Below, piece after piece: positions 1 to 11,489 of a stretch of DNA of 64,000 bases; positions within the stretch are counted from its first letter, which is position 1, and the number at the start of each line of letters is the position of its first letter. The DNA is taken from assembly GCA_013265495.1 (NCBI GenBank), contig MU058463.1, positions 2,627,523 to 2,691,522 of the forward strand. The letters are read 5' to 3'. The position numbers were made by a program, and so were the translations under genes. Source of the stretch: Vicugna vicugna (Eukaryota). Below the pieces are notes generated by a model. It was not told where the DNA came from, ran no database searches, and saw nothing but the letters and a program-made list of their open reading frames with translations.

Positions 1-888
1 AAGTACCTCGAAGTCTGGACATTCAGGGTTTTTTTTTTATGGTGCAGACAGGGGAACAGCTGTCTGTTCTCCAGATGCCCTTGCAAAACGTGAGGAGATC
101 ACGTACACCGATGGAGTCACCCCACTGACCTGCTACTTCACACATTTGAACCTCATGTGAAAATCAGTTTGCGAGTCCTAGGCAAGCCTGCCTTTGAGAA
201 ATTGTCCAAATAAGCCAGGACTCTAGCCACCCTTAAAAGTGGTCATAGCTCTTATCCAGATTACTGGTGGATTGAATGAATGAACGAATGAGTGAACCGG
301 GGGCCATGGGGAGAGGCTGCTGCCTCCGTGGCACTTCAGCACGCTGCAGCACGCCGCACTGCTGGGGGTTGCGGGGAGTGTTTTCCCAGCCTTTCGTGTT
401 TTAGAGGAAAGGTTGTAAAATGTTCTAACCGAAAGTCAGGTTGCCTATAAAAAATGGAAAATCCACCATCCTTATTCCTGTTTGGCCTATTAGAATAGAT
501 TAATTCTGGTGGTACGGCTGCTAAGACACCTATAATTTGATGATAATGTTCCTCATTTTCAAAATGTTGTTCCAACTTTGATGGCTGGAATTAGGAAAAG
601 TGCGATTCCACAAACACGTGAGACTGTCTACGTATGGTGCTTCCACCTCGGAACCTTGGTTGGCTGTTTCCCACTTACAATGCCCTTCGTCCCACTCTGT
701 CCACTGAAGGCCTTTTCTTGGAGGTCTGGCTCGAGGTTAACTTCTTGCGGTGGTTTCCTTCATCACCACCACCATCCACAGGGAGCGCTCACCCACCAGA
801 TTCTGGTCACACATTCTGTCTGTTTCATTGTAAAAGACACCATATGTGCTGCTTGAATTGGCACACATTTATTCACATGATAAATCAT

Positions 889-946
889 TATTATTATTAA
901 TATATGTTTTTATTGAAGTATAGTCAGTTTACAATGTGTCAATTTC
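889..946 (-). mobile_element. Very short LINE-1 3'-terminal insertion
   Basis: Antisense L1 terminus 'tttttattgaagtatagtcagtttacaatgtgtcaatttc' with a degenerate A/T tail; flanked by diverged direct repeats ttcacatgataaatcat (872-888) and ttcacataataagttat (947-963). Confidence 0.75.
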
Positions 947-3199
947 TTCACATAATAAGTTATATAAGAATGTTTTTTACAGAGCAGATGGTCTGTCTTT
1001 TTTGGTCCTTGTTTACTGAAAAATATTTCTATGGGATCACATGCATATGTGTTACAGAATTAATTCTCAGGCTTGCTTTTATTGTAACCTACCATTAAGT
1101 AGCAAGATTTGGGGGGAGAAGAATTTTAGCTCTTGCCTATTTTTAACTATTAGAAGCTATATGTATCTACACAAATAAATCTAATAAACATACATGCCCA
1201 CATAGGCTTACGTTAGTAACAAGAATTTTAATGAAAAGTGTGGAGACTTTTGTTATAATTTTCTTATTAATAATATGTGATCGCTTGGTTTATATATGAG
1301 TGCTGGATTTGAAGAGTTTATTTCAATTAAAAAGTGACCAGATATGTGGATAAATAATATATTTACAGTATTTATTATGTAAATAAATAACTGCAATAGT
1401 GCATAGCGGTTGAAGACAGTATATGTGTGGTTAATCAGAATGATGGACAGCAGGTGATATATGAGTCCAGGGAAATGCACTTTGAAGTCCTTTCCTAGTA
1501 TGAAAGCAGACCCCCAGGATGAAACAACTTTTTCCAAATACTCAATGTCACGAGGATGAGTTATTTGATACAGATTATAGAGCACTCAACGCAGCCCTAG
1601 TGTCCTAAAAGTTAGAGCATCTCCACGTGAGTCCAGCACACACCAGTACTCATGTGAGAACAGCCTGTTGGGTTTCTGCCTTGGATCTCAGCTCTGCCAA
1701 GGAAGAAGGAATAGAAGGCTAAACTCAGAAACAAGGATGCTTGTTACTTTCACAAGGGCCACATGGAGATGTCCCGGGCCCCAGCTCTGTTTTCTTCCTC
1801 AGTATGTGACAGGACAAATGTACATTTTTTAATGGGTGAAGTACACCAAGGACACTAGCAGGTGGATGACTGCTGTTTCCCCTTCTGGATCCCCTGTCTG
1901 GTAACTGTCCCTAGTTGGTGAAAGCAGTTAAACCAGTATGATGACAATGATGCACTTACAAGTCCTTCTGGTTTCATCTCCACAGCACTTCTCACATAGA
2001 GATACTCATAAATATTTGCTGGTGCTGTTAATGAAGAACTCATACCCAGAAGAAAAGACAAGAGTCAAAAGCATGCTCTCCTCTGATTTTTCTGAATGGT
2101 GCTGTAGGGGGCAGCGAGAAATTGTGTTGCATCTGGGCGCAGAGAAATGGTCTCTTTTGAGTCAGTAAGTAGAGAACGTGGGTGCGCAGGTGAGGAAGTC
2201 AGTCCGGTTAATGCAAATGAGCAGTACATCCAAAGTATCACATGTTCATGGGAAAAACAGGATGCAGGGATGTGTTATTTCTTTAAAAAACATGCCCAAG
2301 TAGCTATTTTAGAAATTCTTTCATCAATTTCACATATCAAGCTTTCCACTGACAACTTGAAATTTTAAGTGTATTGTTCTTAGCTACATGATCATGATGA
2401 ATAGAAACAAATTAGACATATTATTCTATGTAGCAGACAGTATTGACCTATTCTAAAATGCATTATTGGACCAATTTTAAAACAGAAGAATCAAAGTAAT
2501 TGATTGGTGGCTGTGGGTATGTTGCTTCCATCAATAATTAAGTGTATTTTGAACAGTGTATGCAGTTAAGCGAACCTAATTGAAGTCATATAAGCATGAT
2601 TTTTGATGCAAGAAAAACAAAGAAAACATTCTGAAGGGCAAATTTTAAAACCATATCACTCCTGTATTTCATTCAAATAAAAATTGAAAGTCCTTCTTTA
2701 CATTAGCCTAAAGTATTTTTTATCGTTTGTAATGTAGGTTATTCTCACTCGGAGAAAAATGTATTTTAGGAAATTTTTCAACATGAGTTTGGGGAAGTAA
2801 CAAATACCTAGGACCAACTACAGATTGCCACAATTTTAAGAATGTAATATTCTGAGTGATCATTTTGGCAGCCTCTATAAGAATAACTATTTTATTCTAG
2901 GTTTCATATAACATATGCTAAATAAATGCATGTTTATTGTTTCTACTGCTTTTTGAATGGTTATAGTCCCACATATTGTAGTATCTATATCTTAATTTCC
3001 TTATGATCCTCAAATTACTTTTGCTGAGAAGTAATTAAGCACATTCCTCTTAATTTTGTTTAAAAATTTCATTTGGGAAAACGAAGACACATCTACTTGC
3101 ATGTGTCCAGTGTTTTGTCTACCTGGACACAAAATAGTCATGAGGTAAAATGAAATCAGTCTTCAAACAAATTGCCTTTTAACATTTAGGAAAATTCTC

Positions 3200-3720
3200 C
3201 TCTAATGAAAATTCACTGATTACTGTCATGGGTGCCTTGCTTCTCAATTGCCCCCTATCTTGTTTTCATGGCTGAGAGAAACTCATATTTCTTAAGCAGA
3301 TTTGGGGGCCCAGTGAGCACACAGCAACACAATTGACATATGAGTCGATTTGCTGATCTCTTAAAGCTCAGTGCATACTGATGGAAGCCGTCCAAACCCT
3401 CCTTCTCCACCCTTCACTTAACAAGCATAATAATAAATGAATATTTAAAGTAGCAGCAAATATATTAGCTGGAAGCAAATAGGTTTCATTTGTAACAAGT
3501 GCACACAGGTTAATTAACAAGAAGGAGCTCTGGTGTTGAGACGAGGCTCCCTGACGCTGTCCGGCAGGTGCCGTTAAGGGCCAGTTGAGCTCCACAGGGA
3601 AATTATCAAGTACCAGCGCGCTCTTCCATTGCTTAACAAAGCACTGCCCACCATTTGCCTAAACCTATGAACCATCATCTGTGATCCTCAGCAGCAATTA
3701 AGTGACAAACATCTCCTCAT
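3200..3720. promoter_or_regulatory. Candidate enhancer / conserved non-coding-like block
   Basis: No recognisable repeat; palindrome GTTAATTAAC (3509-3518), several TAAT/ATTA and TGACA/TGTCA motifs. Conservation not testable here. Confidence 0.3.
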
Positions 3721-5142
3721 TGGAGACTTGGGAAAACAAAAGAGACATGATAGTATTTAAGGAGCCAGATGGATATATCTGAATGTCAACTTTGAAGACC
3801 ACTTTTTCAATAACAGAGCTTTAGAGAGAAACATATTTGATTCCAGGCAAAAGAGGAAGCACTACAGTGTTTAAAACAAACAAACAAAAAAACTGAAATT
3901 GGCCTAGTGGAAGCAGTGTCTATTTGACACATACAGCTTTTGGCTCTAAGATCTTGGAGTGTTTAGAAGACTTACTAGAATGTAAAAACTGAATTCATCG
4001 CCTTACAGTGCGGTTGAGTCACTTTTTTCCTATTATTCTAACTATCCATGCACACTGGAGATGGGCAAAGAAGAGTATGGTGGAAATTTCTTCCCAGTAT
4101 GAGGATGAACGTCTAGCCAATATGCAGCAATTTCTCCAGGGTGTGACTTACTACCGAAAAAAAAAAAAAAAAGCTTATTGCTGAAAATGATATATCAGCA
4201 CAAAAAAAGTAATCTTAGACCTAGAGATAGTCTTCTATCACAAATTAATTGATCTAGACGTTTTAAGAATGTAACATTTAAAATGCCTCTCTAAGCATAG
4301 TAATAATTCCAGGAGCTACAAACCTTCCAAAAGCATCACTGAGTTAGTTCAATTAATTGTCTAGTTGGAAAACCCCTCAAAACTTGCAGAAGCTCTTGTT
4401 TTTCTAGTAAAGGATCTTCTGGGCATTGAGTTGCCTGCATTTAACAACGTCGTCTAACTGGTTTGCATAATTGGTAGAGCTAAAAGGCTATCTTACAACA
4501 TTAAAAAATACAATTATAAATGTATGAGCTTCCCTCATATTTTTTTTTCCGATGCCAAAATAGCAGCGTTTACAAATGTTTTCACGAACTGTGAGAAGCT
4601 AGTGCTCATTGTGTTCTACTGCAGGATCAGGTCAACAGCTCTCTTGAAAGAACAAAACCAACCCAGGGCCAAACAGGCAGATAAGCCTAATTAAGCACTC
4701 CAGAGTCAGGAACGCTCTCAGGAAACTACAACAGACTTGACCCCTGCTTTGTACTTAACCAGGTTTCTTGATACCTTTGCCACTGTCCTCTGGATTTATT
4801 ATTTTTTAATGAATTATTTAAATGTGGCCATTTCACATCTACAATTAGTTTTCAAAGGAAAGGCAACAGGAAGAAATAATCACAAGTTAAACAGCTAGAG
4901 AACAACTCCTGTTATGGCAGAACATGAAAGACTTGGGTTGGCCCCATAGCAGAGCTCGCTTTGGCGGTGGCTTCCCAAATCCCCTTTTGCTTTAAGTCCC
5001 TTAGATTCAGTCTACATAGTATCCCAAACCCTCATTTCCAACAGGCAGGACATGCAAATATCAGGGTCACTTTTCTAGGTTACCTGCCTTTGAGCCTTTC
5101 ATGTACACAGATAGAAATTAATGGTCATAATTTCAATAGTAG

Positions 5143-5190
5143 GAAAAAAATAGCCTATGAAAAAATAGCCTATGAAAAAAATAGCCTATG
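5143..5190. repeat. Short tandem repeat, 15-16 bp unit x3
   Basis: (GAAAAAA[A]TAGCCTAT) three times in tandem. Confidence 0.9.
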
Positions 5191-6039
5191 GAACATTTTT
5201 CATTACCATTAAGGAATAAGAATCCATTGAAAAATGGAAATACTGGTACCACTAGCCACTTGCAGAAATGGATGTGCTTAGCAATTGTTTCATCCTGATT
5301 ATCCTTCCCCTACATCAGCACACGGAGCCGGGTCCTATTTTAACAGGGAATGGCCTCCAAAAATCACAGTATTCTGACCCCTTATTTCTTATCCCAGAAT
5401 CATTCAGCTGGAATTGGCCACAAGAAATCATCAAATTCATCCTTCTGCCCTCAGGTGTGGCCACACTCTGCTGGAACTCATCCTATTGTAATATAATACC
5501 ATATAAATTGTTGCATCCACCAGACTGAAAACTTTTCCAGGGCAGGAACTGCAGCCCAGTAATTTGTTACTCTCAGAGCCTGGCATGTAACATAGATCAC
5601 AAAATATCTGTATAGGAAAGAATGAAAACCCTCACTGTGCAAAACGTATCTTTCTTAGAACATCTTTGTTGGGGGGAAAGGATTTTAAAACTCACTCCCT
5701 AATCCTTTCTGACCATTTTGATATTTCACAACCCTCCCTCTGGAAATATTCTTTATAGCTAAACAAACAGCAATTTCTACTTCATTGTTATCAGCCCAGC
5801 GGAAGAAATACCTTGAAAATCAAGTATTTTTAAAAAGTACATAGACTCAATTAGTGACACATATTTAAAACTGAGAAAAAGGCATTAATCTCTCATATGG
5901 GTTAAAAGCAAGCTACTAAAATACGTGACTAGAAGAAGTTGTGTTTGTATAACATTGGAACTATTTATGATTATAAATTGGCATTTATTAAAGAGTTACC
6001 ATTCGCCAGATGCTCAATAAAAGACTGTTACGAAAACTC

Positions 6040-6200
6040 TGACAATATTACAAAATAGGTTGTGTCATCCCCAAGTGACAGCTGTGGAAATAAGCTCAGG
6101 GAGGCTAAACGGCTTTCCCAAGGTCACACAGCAAAGAAGGGGAGGAGCAGAGCGGCTGGGTACCGAGAGTACACAGATGCCAGTTGTCTGACAACCTGGG
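6040..6200. mobile_element. MIR SINE fragment
   Basis: MIR core-like 'gctcagggaggctaaacggctttcccaaggtcacacagc'. Confidence 0.7.
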
Positions 6201-7269
6201 CCATATGCAACTGATTTCTTTTCTGTGATGGAGTAAAGTCTGAATTAGACTTAAACGTTTCTTCTCTAATTTAGACGCCTGAATCCACAAGTCACTAGTA
6301 ACCATGGCCACTTTGACTAGAATGGGAAGAGAGACACCAGTCCCGAATTAGCTCTCAGCATCTCATCCCCATAAGACACTAGATCAAGGCCACATAAGCA
6401 CAAAACTGAGATGAGCAAGATGCCAGGACACTCTGGGCTCTTCATGGGGGAACCTCAACAAGACTCTTTCCTCAGAGCCTCCGGAATGACTTGTGACCCT
6501 TGGCAAGAGAGAGCCCTGCCCCCACCATCTGCTACCCGGGCACCAGTGGATGAGGCGCTGTCACTCCTTCTCAGCTTTTTCTTGTTGATGACAAATCTCT
6601 AGTCAATTCACTGCTCACTAGTCCTTACACAAGAGGGTGTGATAGGAGAGGAAGAAAATTCCAATTGGCTCAGTTTAAAATTTCCCTATTTGCTAGTGAA
6701 GCCAAATGAAAGTGGTGTTTCTAAAACTGAATTTGAGAACCAATGGCTAATTTGACAATTTCATGGAATACTAGTAGTAACATAACTAGTACTGTGATTT
6801 ATGCTTTAACAATATAAGACAGAAACCTGATGTTTTCACAGAAGCTACCTGACAGCAGTTGCTAGAATATACCTGAAATTTCTTAGTGAAGTTTCAGAAA
6901 GACCAGAGGCTTCTGGTTAGTGTATGTGGACTGGAGAGAAAGGAACAGCCCACGCACTGCGCCAGTTACAAGAGGCCAGACTGCAGCGAGGTCCATGGGT
7001 TTCCTTTCCCACAACCTTTCATCTCTGTTGTCCCTGAACCAGCCAGCTGGAGGATGAAGGGTTCTTTCCTACCCACTGGAGTCCTCTGATGGCATGTGCT
7101 TATAATAGCTGGACCCTGTCAGAGCCAAATCTCTTAGGCCAAAATCTTTACGCACAAAAGGTGAAAAAGAAATGAGAATAAAATATGGTAAGACAGGACT
7201 AGATCTCACGCAAAATCCCGCAGTGGTTCTAGATCTGTTTCAGAGAATAAGCTGAAGTCCTTACACCAT

Positions 7270-7770
7270 CTCCCTTTTCTGCCCACATTCCTCTCTAAGC
7301 CCAGCCAGCGGCTCTGCGCTGTTGTTGTGCCCTGAAACATGCTCGAGATGCTCCCCGCTTAGGGTTTTCCACTGGCTGTTCCCTCTGCCAGGGATGCTTT
7401 TCCCTCCAGTAGCTGAATAACCCACTGCCTCCTCTCCTTTAGGTCCGTCTTCTCACCGAGCTGGCTGTGACAAGCCTGTTTAAATTGCAACCCTCCCCAC
7501 CATCCACCTGGCCCTTCCAGGGCTTCTTAAACTACCCCAACTTCCTTTCCATAACACTTATCACCTTCAAAAATGCTAAACATTTTTCTTACTTATTTTA
7601 TTATTTATTCTCTGTCCCCTCCCTCATCCCTCTCCTGCACTGAAGTTTAATCTCCCTGTGGCAGGTATTTTAGTCTGTTTGGCTTAATGGTGTATCCCAG
7701 TCCTTAGGACGATGCTTCACACGTAGTATGTGCTCAATAAATATGTATTGAATAAATAAATGAATAAATG
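7270..7770 (+). mobile_element. LINE-2 3' end
   Basis: Pyrimidine-rich L2 body ending in 'gtgctcaataaatatgtattgaataaataaatgaataaatg', the typical L2 terminus. Confidence 0.8.
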
Positions 7771-8029
7771 TTCTAATTAAAAGTCATTTATTCATTGAAT
7801 AAATGTTAATATGAAGATATTATGCTAAGCACTTTGGAAGTACAAAGCTGATTAAGACCTGCAGGGAACACTCATAAGGCGGTGACCTCAACCTGCATAA
7901 ATGCACCATTTTCCAGGGGAAGAGGTGACAGTTCCCCTGGAGATTTGCAGTATGGTGGGATTTTAATAGGGTTTTATTCAAGAGCAGATTCTTCAAAATG
8001 AAGTATATGAGATTTAAAAGGGCTAAGAT

Positions 8030-8460
8030 TATGTCCAATTAGGGAAAATTGATAAAGACCTCAAGGAGGAGGTGGTATTTGACGTGAGTCTTGGGGAAGG
8101 CTGGATCTGTCCATGCTGAGTTGGCGTGCATGTGAGAATGAGAGATGTTAGCAGGTGGAGAAAACAACATGGATGGAATCACACATGGATCTAAGGACAA
8201 GCGAGCGAGGTGTTTGTTTTTGCTGAAGTATAAGGGATGGAAAGGGTAAATTGATTTCCAGTTGGAGAGAGCTTGAAATGGTAAAGCATTATGTAGCACA
8301 AGACTGGCTGAGTCTTAAGCAGCATAGTCTGAGCTGCCATGCGTAGGATAGAGCAGAGACTGCGAGGGCAGACATGGATGAGGCATCTTCTGCCAATGAT
8401 CCAGGAAAGGAGGAAGGCAGTGGGGCCTGGTGAAAGGTAGTGGCAGTAGAAATACAAAGA
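8030..8460 (-). mobile_element. LINE-2 fragment
   Basis: Purine-rich antisense L2-like sequence ('ggaggaggtggtatttgacgtgagtcttgggg', 'atgatccaggaaaggaggaaggcagtggggcctgg'). Confidence 0.6.
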
Positions 8461-8513
8461 ATAAATGAACAAAAATAAATGAACAAAAAAATGAAAAAGA
8501 TAACATTGAATGG

Positions 8514-9073
8514 TGTTCATAGCAGCACTAGTTACAATGGCCAAGACATGGAAACAGCCTAAATATCCATCAACAGATGATTGGATAAAGAAGATGTGGT
8601 ATATTTATAACAATGGAATACTGTTCAGCCATAAAAAAAAATGACAACATAATGCCATTTGCAGCAACATGGATGTCCCTTGAGAATGTGAAGTAAGCCA
8701 GAAAGAGAAAGAAAAATACCATATGAGATCACTCATATGTGGAATCTGAAAAAAAAGAACATAAATACAAAACAGAAACAAACTCATAGACATAGAATAT
8801 AAACTTGTGGTTGCCAAGGGGGCAGTGGGTGGGAAGAGACAGACTGGGATTTCAAAATTTATAGATACTGACAGGCATATGCAGAATAGATAAATAAGAT
8901 TATACTGTATAGCACAGGGAAATATATACAAGATCTTGTGGTAGCTCACAGTGAAAAAAAATGTGACAATGAATATATGTATGTTCATGTATAACTGAAA
9001 AATTGTGCTCTACACTGGAATTTGACACAACATTGTAAAATGACTATAACTCAATAAAAAATGTTAAAAAAAA
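8514..9073 (+). mobile_element. Young LINE-1, 5'-truncated (ORF2 C-terminus + 3' UTR + A tail)
   Basis: 'tgttcatagcagcacta...gccaagacatggaaacagcctaaa...' ORF2 end, 3' UTR ending 'gactataactcaataaaaaatgttaaaa'; TSD ataacattg(a/g)atgg at ~8500-8513 and ~9074-9087. Confidence 0.95.
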
Positions 9074-9459
9074 ATAACATTGGATGGAATGTACAGGAGG
9101 TAGGACAAGAAAGGGAAAGAAGATAGTGGCTGAAATGTTCTCATTATTCAAAGCCCCCAAATCCTAATTTATTTAGTTCATTCCAAGATCTATAAATACC
9201 CCTACACTTCAAGTCAAGCCATTTGTTCGCTTTCCCACTCCTTAGAGTAATTAGGCGTGGCCTGAAGAATTGTGGGGTGGGTTTGGCAGGACTCTGAGCT
9301 ATAATCTCCAGAAACAGCAACAGGTGTGAGGGGCCGCAGGCGGCTCCACGTCGACTGACGCATGCGTGGAGGCAGACCACTAACCCTTTTAAGGAGGGGC
9401 TTGTGTGAGAGCCTAAGAGGGAACCCAAGAAGGTAAAAAGGCACCCATGTGTCATGTTT

Positions 9460-9575
9460 ACCTGCATTTTACACACAAGGAAACTGAGCCTTAGCATCTT
9501 TAAGTTGCCTGAACTTGTGTAGCTAGAAAGTAGCAGCTTAAGGATTTGAACTCAAATTTTGACTCCATTGTCTAT
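9460..9575. mobile_element. MIR SINE fragment
   Basis: 'cattttacacacaaggaaactgagccttag...aggatttgaactcaaatttttgactcca'. Confidence 0.7.
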
Positions 9576-11048
9576 GGGTGTGTCTCTTAGAGAAACCTGC
9601 TATTTCTCTAACTACCCAATGCGTTTTTCCGGAGCAGTGCCTTTTTTTGCTCACTCCTTCCTGTCCACTCCTCTCTCTTCAGTGTCCTGGGAGAGCTCCT
9701 AACCAGTGTTGGATACATAGTAGGTGCTTTGGTTGAGGGGCATGTTATGTACCCTGGGAAAATCTTTAAGTGCCTGGAGTATTTCCTTCTTGCTGACCCT
9801 TACGATAAAAATATACTTGAAAAAATCATGATAATATGTGAATTTATCCTGAGAAAATTATATTCCATATAAGATAGATTTCAAACACCATGAAATAAAA
9901 TATCACAGTACTTAGAACTAGAGGCTTTTAACCTAATTAGTGTACTGAGCATGAAATATAAACGATCATACTATATTGCAAAAAAAATGAAAATAATGGC
10001 TAACTACATTTCAGAATGATACAAATGATACAATTATTTTATCTTACAAATGTTAAGGTGACAGGAATATTGTTAAGTAAATAGATTAAAAAGATGGGTT
10101 TTAGGAAATTCTATAATTTCAGTATTACCTGCTAGAATGGGCATAAAGCTTTGCGTATAGTTTAAATCAGCTACTTTGGGGTTGGCTAGGGAAAGACGAA
10201 GTTTGCCGTACGCTGCACCGTAGTTTATTTCCAATACTTTCTCCTTCTGCTAGCTTAATAAGGACGGCAGGCTCGGGAGTTCCAGGCAGACTCGGTAGAC
10301 TTACAGTGGTCTCTAAACGTGGCTCAAAGTGTTAGAGACGAAAAGAAAAAAGCCACGGAGTCTGCGGAATGGAGATGCTCTGTAAGAGCAGAAACGATAC
10401 GTTTTTTTTTTTTTTTTTTTTTTTATGTGTACCTCAAACCAGCAGAACAACTGACCTAAAATAGTCATTCAATGAGGAAGTGGTCAATAGACAAACGAAT
10501 AAATGACAAAGAGAGGGTCCTTCTAATAAATCTAAGCATGATCCTAGTGGCTCCCTACTGCTAAGTAGTAAATAGAGTTCAAACTCTGTAGCAGGGAAAC
10601 AGGGTCTGACCCCGCCCCTGTCCCCCGTGTAGCCCCACCCCTTGCCATTAGCTCTGCACCACACCCTGGTAACAGGTCCTTGGGAGACCCCTTCACAAGG
10701 GCACACCCACTATCCCCCAATGCCTTCAGTGCCTCCTCAAGTCTCCTTCTGGAAGCCGTCCGTGTTACCATTTTCTCTCCTATCGCTGTTGCTACTGTTG
10801 CACTGTTACTATCTCCGTTACTATGGACATTACTCCTCTAGAATTCTCTGTGTCTTAGACTGAACTCGCCTCTGAAAACCCAGCAGTTCACGTGGTGTGG
10901 CTGCAAATGGGGCCCCAGAAAAGTTTTTTGAATGAAAGAAGGAACAAAGAACGGGAAGAAGTGAAGAGAGAGTGTGAAGCCCAGCTAGGAAAGGAAGCTG
11001 ACTTGCAGCTGAGTGTGCAAAGTTGCTACTCTGAAAAGACATGCTTTC

Positions 11049-11328
11049 CTTTTCTTTCTTTTTTTTTTTTTTTGAAGTATAGTCAGTTTACAATGCTGTG
11101 TTAATTTCTAGTGTACTGCATAGTGACTCAATTATACATAAATATATTCCTTTTCATCTTCTTTTCCATTACAGGCTATTATAAGGTATTGAATTTAGTC
11201 CCCTGCACGCTACAGTAGGACCTATGTCTATTTTACATATAGTAGTTAGTATCTGCAAATCTTGAACTCCCAATTTATCCCTCCCCACCCCCTTTTCCCC
11301 TCTGGTAACCACAAGTTTGTTTTCTGTG
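11049..11328 (-). mobile_element. Young LINE-1 3' UTR fragment
   Basis: Poly(T) then 'gaagtatagtcagtttacaatg...ggtaaccacaagtttgttttct'; TSD-like tgaaaagaca(t/g)g at 11032 and 11329. Confidence 0.9.
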
Positions 11329-11489
11329 TGAAAAGACAGGTTTCTAATTTCCCTCTTTAGTGTCTGGAGTTGAGTGTACATGAGACTGAAACAACTCACT
11401 TTTTGATTTAAAAAAATGAGAGTTTCTCATTATTTGGCACTATGTGAACTGAAAGAAATGACAGTTTTATTAATTTTGTACTAATTTGT

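Noticed and set aside
679..819. Minus-strand exon candidate with GTAAGT donor
   Set aside because: Acceptor lacks a pyrimidine tract and all three frames contain stops; only the donor is convincing.
3102..3131. Hairpin TGTGTCCAG...CTGGACACA as a miRNA
   Set aside because: A 9-bp stem is far too short for a pre-miRNA.
4007..4150. Minus-strand exon / recursive splice site after poly(T)
   Set aside because: Stops in all frames; the junction reads AG|TAAGT rather than the AG|GT needed for a recursive site; the tract is a simple homopolymer.
5143..5190. Tandem repeat as a CRISPR-like array
   Set aside because: No spacers; simple slippage repeat in eukaryotic DNA.
8605..8988. Hydrophobic 127-aa ORF (and similar at 30560-31257)
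   Set aside because: Antisense translation of L1 3' sequence.
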